Part shown: one piece after another, positions 53,429 through 64,000 of the stretch
How the letters are laid out: each line of letters opens with the position of its first letter
Numbering within the stretch: position 1 is the first letter of the stretch
Source: Vicugna vicugna
Taxonomy: Eukaryota
NCBI GenBank assembly: GCA_013265495.1
Contig: MU058824.1
Location: 62,001 to 126,000 of the forward strand
DNA length: 64,000 nt
Reading direction: 5' to 3'
Notes under the pieces: generated by a model
Told to the model about the DNA's origin: nothing
The model's input: only the letters and a program-made list of their open reading frames with translations
Databases searched by the model: none
Translations under genes and position numbers: made by a program

Positions 53429-54026
53429 TGAGGCGGGAAGCCCCATAAAAACACCAGCAGGGCCCCCAAGCAGGGCCACTACTCTCCTGACAGCACCATC
53501 CGGTTCCCTGGCCCGGAGGCTCTATCTCACTTTTTGCCTCTGAAACAGCTTACTTACCCCTAAAATTCTATTGGTTCCCTGAGCTCAGTTTGATTGGTTA
53601 TTTCCTTCACTTCTGATTGGCCCACTTCCCTAACTTCTGATTGGTCCATTTGTAGTACTTCATTTGCATGGAGCTCACTCCTGATTGGCTATTTCTCTCA
53701 TTCCTGATTGGTCCATTCCCCTCACTTGTGATTGGTTGTTTCTCTCACTCCTGATTGGTCTATTTCTACAAACTTTGTTCCTAGTTGGTCAACTTGTTAT
53801 ACTTTATTTGCATATGATGTTGCAAAGTGTAAAACTGACAGCCTACAAAGGCCTGTGTAAACCTACAGGCAGGATCCAGAGCTTGGAGTGTTAACTCCTC
53901 TGGGCTCACTGGCATAATAAACCTGAGTTCTCCAACTCTCTGAGTGCTGCTTGGTCTCTCGCCCAGATCCAGGTTACTGTCACAACTGAGCTGTAACACT
54001 GAGCTGTAACACATTTTTCTGTAACA
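53429..54026 (+). mobile_element. Solo ERV LTR (class I/ERV1-type by 4-bp TSD), 598 bp
   Basis: TG...CA termini, perfect TSD CATT (53425-28, 54027-30), AATAAA 53916-21, U3 tandem ATTGG repeats. Confidence 0.88.
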
Positions 54027-56432
54027 CATTTAAATGGCTAAATAAAAACTTAGCACTTCTCTTAGTAGCAGAAAATTAACTTACATTGTACCATTTATCC
54101 CCTCCCCCAATTTGCCAGATTTTTAAAAAACTATTAGCAAGAAAAAAAGAAATACTTTAAAAAGAAAAATTTTAGCTGCCCTTTGGAAACCAGATAGGTT
54201 ATAGCATTTCCTCTGACAGGAGAGACATTTCAAAATGAGAAAAGGTAAAATATTTTAAAATGAAAAATGAATACCCATACTTAGAAATATAATATAAAAT
54301 AAAATATCTATTATAGTTATATTACAGAGTAATATTTTTCAAACTAGCTCGTAATCACTAGTGGATTATGAAATCAATTTAGTGGGCTACTACCAGCATT
54401 TGTTAAGAAAATGAGATAGAAAATATGAGAGTACATTACTTTTCATAAAGGTTAAGTAGTATTTCATAGCATTTTCTTTTACTTACTATGTATTATTACT
54501 ATGCGTATATGCACTTATCTTCCAGGTAAAGGTACCAATGCTTCCTTAATGTTTTCCTATTACTGAGTCAATGTCCTGGCCTGGACTTGGCTGCCTGTCC
54601 TGGTCTATGTGCTTCTTGGGAGGCTCCTCAGCCTACATGCTCCTTACTACTGGTAAGTCCTTTCCTGGTCTATTATGCCCCCATTCCTTAAGCTTAGAGC
54701 CTGTGTCTGCAAGAACAGTTATAAGCTCTCAAACAGACACACACAAAATTAATTTAATATATACAACAGAGTTGCTCTGATTGGGCACAGGCTACATATT
54801 GTATCATGAGGAGGTGTACATAGAAAAATGTACAGTTTACCATGTAGATGTCATACTGGGCCACCTCTGAAACTAGATGGAATCCATTCTACTTCTAAGC
54901 AAAAGATCTCTCTCTCTCTCTCTCTCCCTCAGATAAGGGATGAAAAATGATACCAAGGAAATGTATAAAATAGGACTGAACAGAGGTACTACCAAAGGAA
55001 TAACAACAGATCAACAGACCAGGTCAATCACTGACAGCTATTTTGACTCTGAACACTATGATAGAACAGTCCTAAGAAAAAACAATGAAAAGAACTAAAT
55101 CTCTACAGAAACACACACACATGCACATGCTTCATCACAACATATCATTGGTACAAAGCAAGAAGACAGAATAACATCTACCTGGTCTCTCTGCAAGTTC
55201 ACATTGCTATCATTTCTCTCACGTTTTACAGACCAGAATCTACTCTGGAAACATGTTATTCCAAATCTGTTTGAACTAGATGGACACATATCAATCCAAG
55301 TGACCAATATGCAGAAACAGCAAACTTGGGTTCTGCTGAATTCACTTTTTACTGAACTTGTCTTTTGCCAATTCTCACCTACTTTGAAGCAAATCATCAG
55401 ACACTTAATTTTACTAAGTGCCAGACAAAAAGCTGATTCTGTACCAAAATTCTGAAAACATGGTGATCCTAATTTGTAAAACTCACTTTGGGCATTAACG
55501 CTAATTAAATCATATTCTCATGGTTCAGTGAAAGGCTCAAATATGCATGTAAGGGCTAAATAAAACATGAGACTGGAAAATACATAGTGCAAATACATTA
55601 GGAGTAAGAGAGAAAGTGGAAATCTCTATTTTTAAAAAAGTGCTTTAAAATATGCACTAAGGGGACATGGAGGAAATGAAGAAGACCCATTTGTGCTACA
55701 TAAGCCCCTGAAGACAGCACTAAAGCTTTTAGAATCAACTATGCAGAAGGCAAGCACCACAGGGAAATGAAAGAAGGGTGAGACTGGGAATAAACAGGAA
55801 CCTGATGAAAGGAAGAAACAAACACGAATGTGTTGACAATGTCTATATTGTTACTATTCCACCAAACAACAGGAGTGCTCTGCAAATTAGACAGACAATG
55901 CTGTCCAGCTACAAAAGCCACTTAGTGAAGGCTGAATATGAGTGAGAAAATTAAACAATATAATGTCAGTCTCTACAGATGACACTTCCATAATATACTT
56001 TTTACTTACTATATTTAAAATTTTTAAAGTTTTGGATTTTTTTAAGACATTGATATCTCTGAAAAGTTTGTGTATAAAAATGCAAGAAAAAGTGTTTATA
56101 ATTGATACCAGCTGAAAATACAACAGTAAGATAATTCCGAGTAAGAGTATTTCTGATAAGTAAAATTAGCATCTGGTATAAAATATATAAAACTATCAAT
56201 GAAAAAAAGGCAGAGATAAAACCAAAAAAATTACAAATGGATTTGTTCTAAAACACTTAAACTCACTTAAATAGCTATAGTATTATATCAACTTAAAAGC
56301 CAACAGATTAGCATTAAAAAAAAAAAGGCACACACAAAATACACAGAAGCAGGTTAAATGACACCTTTCTATAATATAATGCTGATGATTAACCTCCCAG
56401 TTAAGTTTATCCCTTTCCCTCCATCAACTTAC

Positions 56433-56529
56433 CCAACATTTTCTGCATCTTCATCACACTCAGCCTTATATTTGCAAGGTCCACACTTGGAGTGTTTTCT
56501 GTGAACTTCTGCCCCTGACCCTTCCTCTT
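56433..56529 (-). CDS. TMEFF1: TMEFF1 exon 5
   Basis: ttttaaacag|AAGAG...GTTGG|gtaagt; EEEGSGAEVHRKHSKCGPCKYKAECDEDAENVG; 97 nt, phase 1-2. Confidence 0.95.
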
Positions 56530-58449
56530 CTGTTTAAAAAGAAAAATTAAAATTTCAACCACAAGTTGGGATCCTCTCCAGATATGCTTCATGTTTTCAG
56601 CAGCCATTATCCTATTTCTGGGGAAAATGTACCCAAGCTCTTGAAAACAATCAGTTTCAAAAATCTATCGATGCTTGAGTCCAAAAACGCTGTCAACACT
56701 GAGTACAACATATTCTGTGAAAAAACAAGTACTGCGGCTACCAGAATAATCCCTTAATCTATGTACAATGGAATAATATGGTAGGTCTTGATAAATCTTT
56801 AAAAGAATTACTATAACATTAAATAGGGGGGGGGGAAACATGAGCAATAAATTTGCAATATAGTCCAGTGATTACCCTACAGAAATAGCCTGTGCAATGC
56901 TGGTTGGCAAATAAGTGATCAAACAAAACAAAGTCTAACCACCACCTTTTCATCACATCAGTTTCACACCTACCTTTGTAACTACATAACAGGCAATTCC
57001 AGAGTTTAAAAAAATTATCTCTAAATTTTAAAAAGGAAAGGGCTCTCTTTAAAGGACTTGCCCTTTTCTACTCTGCCATGTAGCACAGCCAAAAACACCC
57101 AGGATGCAGAAGGGTGTGGGTTGCCTATGATCCAGCACAACACACAGCACATACTACCAGCCCCCAACTCAGCTCACACCCCACATTTAGGGGACCTTAC
57201 ATTTCTGGGTCTCAACTAAAGTGGATCCTATCCTGATCATCTCAAACCAGGCAAGGAGATCAGTTCTGGGGCCAATCTAGGTTTACTCAAGGGATTTCCA
57301 GTCTGGTTGGGAAAGCACACCTTTCTGAGGAGGTGTCAATCAGGAGAGAAGGCGTTATAAGGAAAGTATACAAACCTAACATGCCTCTTTGGTTATTTTC
57401 CAAACTTGCTATTTTGGGTGTCTACCTACTTTAAGTAGAAATCCTCCTCAAATTCTCGTGCATACTCCCAAACAGACTCTAGGGAACATAATCCTAAGTA
57501 TCTCTAAGGCCTCAGAAACATCATGAGATCAAGAAATCATACAGCCACTGTGAGCTTACTAAAGTTTGCGTATTAATCTGAGCAAACCACTTATTGTCAA
57601 CAACCAGCATCCTCAGGGCAAGACATCCAGTATTTGTATCATATAAGCAAATCTTAAGATCAACTTCCACTTCTTTAATACAGAAACAAGGACAGTTTCC
57701 TAGCTGAATATCTGACTACAGGGGCTAGACCACATGATCTCTTCAAGTCCTTTCCAGCTCCAAGATCTAGAATTTATGATATGATCGTTCACATATCATC
57801 ATGAAGTTTCTGCTTAAACACATCCATTTAAATCAAATTCTACTGCTGGACAGCTTTAATCTTTTTATTTTTGTTTTTTTAAAGAAGAAATTTTCATCCC
57901 AGAACTTCTTCCTCAGCACAGTTCTACTATCTAGGTGACCTTTAAGTCCCTTCCAATTTTAAAATGTTAGGATTCTATGAAGTGTGGGAGCCTGGAGTAA
58001 GGTTTCATATAGTGCTGAAAGGATCATTAACCATAGTTTTGTGTGAATTTTATCCGAGTATGATTTTCCTTTTAGTGTATCCCCACAGTACCTCAAACAT
58101 TAGTTTGCATACAGTGGATACTTACTAAGAATTACCATCTCATTAGACTATGAAATAGATTAGTCATTCTCAATTTTAACAATTCAGAGTAAACTCTGTC
58201 ATATGCTATTACCATATATTAGTTTTTTAAATAGTTTTTTTTAAATATTATACCTTGAAAATTCCTTATGAGCAAAAATTTGTAAGCAAGGGGTGGGAGA
58301 GAGTTACAAATACTAGGGTCCAAGCTAAAATCAATAGTAGGGGTGGCCCTAAGGAAAGAGCATTTTGGTGTAACTTCAATTTAACAGGAGCAACAACACT
58401 TCCCTTTCATCTGACAACAAATCTATAATGAAAAATAAATGCAGGAAAA

Positions 58450-58660
58450 AAGAATGCCTAGGGCTAAGGGGGATACAGGGGTCGAGGGTCATGGCTAAGG
58501 GGTGCAGGGTTTCTTTCTGGAGTCATAAACAGGTTCTAAAATTGACTGTGGTGACAAATGCACAACTCTGAATATACTAAAAGCTGTTGAGTGGTACACT
58601 TTAAATGGGCCAATCGTATGGTATGTGAGTTTCACCTCAATAAAGCTGTTAAAAAACTGA
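58450..58660 (+). mobile_element. L1MB-like 3' end, ~40 nt from the microexon donor
   Basis: GTTCTAAAATTGACTGTGGTGA...CTCAATAAAGCTGTTAAAAA; a similar copy lies at ~32170-32395. Confidence 0.7.
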
Positions 58661-58700
58661 AAGAAAAACAAACATCTTTTAAAGGGTGCTTGGAACTTAC

Positions 58701-58727
58701 CTCCCTCTCCAGATCCAGAGCCATTAT
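58701..58727 (-). CDS. TMEFF1: TMEFF1 27-nt microexon (exon 4), DNGSGSGEG
   Basis: ttttcttttcag|ATAATGGCTCTGGATCTGGAGAGGGAG|gtaagt; phase 1-1, joins its neighbours in frame. Confidence 0.93.
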
Positions 58728-60489
58728 CTGAAAAGAAAAACAAAGAATGAACATGAACACTTTTCCTGAAATTTCATCTTATCAAATAGTATAATTTCTT
58801 ATCCAAAATCAAACCTTGAGATCCATTCTAATGAAGTCCTCTTTTCATTTTTCTTGATATTTAACAGTTTATTCTTATATACCTATTTTGTACCTTCCTC
58901 TGAATATAAATTCCTTGGACACATAATCATCTATGCCTCATATATCTTTGCAGCCCATTCAGGAAAATCCAGGTGCCTTGCACAGAGTAGAAGAATTGTA
59001 AATATTGTAAAATAAAAACATTGTAAAGTAAATGGCTAAATAGAAATAATTTAAATCAACTCATTTAAAAGGTAGAAGAAATTTTTAATTTTGTTAAAGC
59101 TTGAGAGGAATAATTAATAAACTACTTTTATTAGAAACAGGAAAAGAGCTTTGGGGCTTGCTTCAAAAAACTTCTTAACAACAACAACAAAAAAACCTTC
59201 TTAACAAAATCTGTGGTTAAAGGCCAAAAGCCAAAAGGTATGATAAGCCCCAAGATTTAGACATGTTCATATTACTGATGAAATTAACTTCCTCTAGGAA
59301 ACCTAACAACAAGGAATCTCACCAAGGTGTAGGTGTGAAACTTACTAGTGAAATTAAAGAGCCTCCCTTAAAATTACCAGCAAGAAGCCAGTCTAAACTG
59401 TAATTAATTTAGAATATTTATTTTATAATCCTAAAAGAACCAACATCTAGCACAGAGCATGTTGAAAAGAGGGTAACACTGTAGTATCATCAGCATGGAG
59501 CAACAAAAAAGCTGAGATGGCAAATGATGAACTTGACACTTTATCCAGCACCTCGTAGGGAGGATGATTTCCTAGAGAACCCGTATCAGTTCAAATAGTT
59601 TTCTAGAATGAGAGTCACCCTAAACAGTAACGTTCCCTTCCCTTCAATCTCCTGCAGACAATAAATTTCCAAACACAGTAGAACAGGAGGAACCAGAAGA
59701 ATATATATTTTATGTAGCACCACCCACTGCAAATCTTCATGAGATTTTATACTGTTTTAAACTGTGTTCAATTTTGATTGATCAACCATAAAAAAAATTA
59801 CATCTTCTCTAAGTAAGAGGAAAAGAAAGAGTAAAAGAGCAGGAAAAAAGACAAGGAAGAAGGGAACTCAATTTTAAATTGTTATGACCAAACTTAGGAA
59901 AACTCCTTTTTCCTTCTAGTCCACACACTGACTGGATACATAATATGTGCCAGACAACACGGTCAGTGATAGGAATAAACTGATAAATAAGACAGTCCCA
60001 GTGCATGAGATACTCATTCCCAACCTTTTTTTCAACTCATGTCCAATTTTACTAAGTATAATATCTCACACTTTCCTTAAGGGTCTTTTAAAATTCTGAA
60101 ATAAATTAAATATTGTGACTACTCTGATAATGAGGCTGAGTTCCTCTTGTAGATCATATTTTCACTGGACACACACCTTCCCCCATCCCAACCCTGAGAT
60201 TATGATTTACCTTCCTAGGCGGGGCAAAGTACCTTCCTGAGATCTGACTGAAGGCAGACGTGTCAGATAAATGAAATACAGTATGTAATATACATAGAGC
60301 TATGCTCAAAGTGTGAACAAACTGTGCCATGAGAAAAGGCTTAAGTTCAACCTCAAAGCATAAGAAAAGAGTTTTCAAATGAGCAAGAGAGAATGTTACT
60401 TCCAGCACAGGGTACAGGACTAATACCAGACCAAATGACATGAACAACACTGGCCCCACCCAACAAATAACAAGATCAATACAACACCT

Positions 60490-60680
60490 CATAGCTTAGC
60501 TCATTCAATCCTCACTCAACAACCCCAGGAGATGATATCCATTTAACAATTTAGGTATGCAATTAGGGCTCAGAGCAGTTAAGTGACTTGCCCAAGGTCA
60601 CACAGTAAATAAGAGCTGTGGTTACTTTACAGTCAGGTCTTTTTACCCTAGTGCAGTGCTCTTTCCAACCTACCACTCTG
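60490..60680 (-). mobile_element. MIR SINE
   Basis: GGCTCAGAGCAGTTAAGTGACTTGCCCAAGGTCACACAG core; further MIR fragments near 16800, 27950, 29700, 34130, 38710, 42830. Confidence 0.7.
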
Positions 60681-60914
60681 CTTCCTAATGTTTAACATTC
60701 ACTGCTTATCAAAGCAGTTGGTGTCTTAAACACAGACTCCTCATAAATGATGCATAATTAATTTGGGATTGTAAATAACTCCATATTCTTTTTAGTTTCC
60801 AAATCAAGCCTGTGAAACACAATGTACTTAGAGAAGTATTTAAGGACCATATCAAACAACAGTCCACTGGCCTGAGAATGCAATAATGATACCATGCACC
60901 TAATTATTTAGAGT

Positions 60915-61170
60915 ATGGAAAATAATTTGGCCTTGCCCAAAGAGAGGTCTGGCCTTTGCCCTCAGCTTCTAGAAGGCAACTGATGTTTAGGAGAGGTGCT
61001 GATCACATCAGATCTTAGGGTAGGGCCAGCCATACCAGAAAGACCAACCATACAATTCAGAGTAGGGGCTCTGGGTCATACATTATTAGTGAACCTACAG
61101 TTTGAGATCAGCCACATGGACAATCAAGAAATCATGCTTATGCGATGGAGCCCCAATAAAAATTCTGAAT
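60915..61170 (+). mobile_element. MER21-like LTR fragment
   Basis: GGTCTGGCCTTTGCCCTCAGCTTCT, GGCCAGCCATACCAGAAAGACCAACCA, GAGCCCCAATAAAAA. Confidence 0.55.
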
Positions 61171-61828
61171 ACAGTACTGTAACATAAAGGAAAAGAAAGG
61201 AAATGAAGTAATCATTAGTCTCCACCTTTACTGCTAACCTTTACACAATAATTCTATTACAATACCTCAGCTTGCATTCCATCCCCCAAATGCAAACGTG
61301 AGTAAGAAACTAATGTTAATGCCTCCCAAGATTAACCACTACCAATTCAGGAAAGACAAGAGAAGGAAATAAATACAAATAACCAGGGGGAGGTAGGTAA
61401 CACGGGTTGCAGACAGAAAAGAGAAGATATAAAAAGAGACATGTAACACTAATGACTTTCTAAGGAGAGTCCCCACCCCTTCTCCACCTCCCAGGAAAAA
61501 AAATCAACAAAACTGATCCCATAGCATTTCCCACCCCTAACCTTATTCTGTCCAATGTTCAAACCATAAGGCAAAAGATACATGACGTCTCCACCAAAAA
61601 AGGCATTAGGCATTAAAAACGCACTGAGAAGTAATGAAGTCAGTACAAGACCAGCTGGAGTTAAAAAGCAACATGAAATGGGGGTGAAAAAAAAGACCTC
61701 CCCACTCCCCACATAATCACCACCAATTCATACAGTAGTTTGGGGAGTACACCTCTGACTGAAAACGTCCTTTTAGAAAATACAGTGGAACCACTTCCAA
61801 CATTTCTTCAAAACAGTATCACACATAC

Positions 61829-61958
61829 CAGAGTAGCATGGTCCTCTAGCTACTACTGTTATCTCTTTCTGGTGCTTACAAGCAGCCCTTCTGAGAAAGC
61901 ATTCATTTTGATAAGTGTCCCCATTTGATCCACAGACGGGAATGTAATTTGTATGGCA
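61829..61958 (-). CDS. TMEFF1: TMEFF1 exon (exon 3 by human numbering), follistatin/Kazal domain 1
   Basis: ttttgcag|TGC...TCTG|gtatgt; CHTNYIPVCGSNGDTYQNECFLRRAACKHQKEITVVARGPCYS; 130 nt, phase 0-1. Confidence 0.96.
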
Positions 61959-62619
61959 CTGCAAAAGAAACAAAAATAAATTCTCAGAACTAGGCATGAA
62001 TATTAATCGTTTATTTCATATTCATGAGTATAATACTATAGTATTATGACATACTTCTACTACAGAAGAGTTTGTTCTTTTATCTGGTTTTTAAAAAAGA
62101 AGAGTTATGCTACTTTCTCATACCCTTTCTCATATTCATAACGAAAATTACTATCAACTATCCATAAAAATGGAAATGAAAATCTCTACCTTATCTATTT
62201 CACTTGCTTGTGATCCAGGGAGATAATATAAGAGGAAATTCTTGCCAATGTTTGTACTGAGTTTACTTGCCAATTAGTTTGTACTAATTATGTAATGTCA
62301 TTTTATTATCAAAATTCATTTATTCAATACCTCTAGTACACAAAGTCCCAAGGTAAATGCTATAGACCTATGAGCTCTGTTCTCAGAGACCTTACAATCT
62401 TGTTAGAGAGCCAAATAGGAAAAAAAAAAAGTATATATATTAGATCATGCACTAAATCAAAAGGATAGACAATAAGTATAATATCTAATACCCATTAAAC
62501 TGGAACATTCAAGAAAAGCCTCCTCAGAGAAAGTGAAAAGTGAATGGGCCTTGAACGATTAGTAGAAATGAGACAGATGAAAAGAAAAAAGATGATACAG
62601 GTTTGAAAAACGACACTGA

Positions 62620-63540
62620 ATTGGTATGTTTTAAAAACTTTAAAACTTCTATATGTCAAAAATATCATAAAGAACTAAAGTTTTAAACTCTGGGGAAAAC
62701 ATTGTTAATAAGACACAAGTTATGATTACTAAAATAAAGATAGTACAGATTAATAAAAAATGGACAAAAGACAAATTTACAGAAAAATTACAAATGGCCA
62801 GTACATTAAAAATGCTGATCTTTAGTAGCAGAATTATACACTAAAATGAGATGCTATTTTTAGTTTATAAAATTGGCCACTAGACAAACAAAAAATTCAA
62901 TTTGGTGAGCAAACTCATATACCTGCTGTGGTAATTTAAACTGGCTCAATCTTTTGAGAACATAATTTAACAATACATTTCAAAAGTCCTATAAAAGCAA
63001 TGCTGTTTTTGATTTAGAATCACACATTCAGGGATGTATCTGAAGGAAACTATTGTAGATCAAAATTTATTACAGCCATTTCAAATGGAAATTTATTCAT
63101 ATCAAAAATGTAGAAACAACCTAAATATCCCACAAGGCAATGTTTATTTAAAGCATGTTATATCTGTTCAAGGAATTAATATTGCAGTCATTGAGAATTA
63201 CCCTTTTTAAGAACACTGTGTGACAGAAAAAGATAATGTTAGGTGAAAAGAAGGCAGTAACATCACATATATAACTCTGAGAACTTTGTGCCATTTTTAA
63301 ATGTACTATCTAGTCCACAAAACTGAATGCAGATTTTTAAAATAATGATAATATAAAATAAAAATATAGCAAAAAAATAAATTATATATCTCTCTCAATT
63401 TAGAAAAAAATACATATTCATAAAGTAAATCCTGGAAGAAAACATCAATAAATTTTTCACATTACTTGCCATCATGGTTTTTTGTTTCCACGTTTATAAT
63501 TTTCTGTATTTCTCAATCATTCTGCAATGAACAATACTTG
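62620..63540 (+). mobile_element. Ancient L1ME-like fragment
   Basis: Degenerate L1 ORF2-end and 3' UTR motifs. Confidence 0.55.
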
Positions 63541-64000
63541 TATCATTTATTTACTTTTTAAAAAAGTAGTCAACTTACTTTATGAACCATAAATATGGCA
63601 TGCTACCCCAGGTCAAACACTGGTAAAGCAATTTCTAATATATTTTATAAGCAAGTTGATTTGCTGTACATTATCAGCAGGTTCCTACATCAATTTCAGT
63701 TAAAATTAAAGTTTTAATCAATAAAAAAAGTTTTAAAAAAATTAAAGTTTTACTTTAGATGTCTTCCTATATTCCTCCAGTTTTTTAAGGATCACATTCC
63801 TTTATTCTCTTTCCCGAAAATGTACACAAGAACTTTGTATGATAACCGGAGGAGCTGATGTTACTCTGTACAACGTATAATTATGTATAATTAGCAAAAA
63901 AAAAAAAAAAAAAAAGACCATACGTTCCAAGATGTCAAACGCTAAGTCTATGGACTTTTCAAGCCAACTCTTCACTCAAATGCTTAGTAAGTTTGTTAAC

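Noticed and set aside
53560..53790. CRISPR-like appearance of the 23-24-nt periodic repeats
   Set aside because: Tandem degenerate units without unique spacers, inside an LTR in a mammalian genome

Overview
Mammalian genomic DNA, very likely camelid (alpaca/llama/camel), judged from four tRNA-derived SINEs with the GGGGAGGGTATAGCTCA...CCTAATTACCTCCCC structure. Two minus-strand genes lie in tandem. The 3' part of TMEFF1 (tomoregulin-1) is present as 8 coding exons, 61958 to 15760, 278 aa; all junctions are GT-AG and phase-consistent, and the first ~100 codons lie beyond the right edge. The complete two-exon CAVIN4/MURC CDS follows (14216-13809 + 7730-7053, 361 aa). Its ATG is only ~1.5 kb past the TMEFF1 stop and ~0.55 kb past the likely TMEFF1 poly(A) signal. 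The rest is intron or intergenic DNA rich in L1, L2, MIR, DNA-transposon and LTR remnants. I found no convincing novel protein-coding system, and the other ORF-track entries look like noise or repeat-derived. Best second-look items: an intact solo ERV LTR with a phased CCAAT array plus two octamers; a CAVIN4 stop two codons ahead of a fossil stop; splice signals in the CAVIN4 5' leader; a symmetric 27-nt Ser-Gly microexon; and several tiny retrotransposition scars. Repeat family names and boundaries are by eye and approximate.
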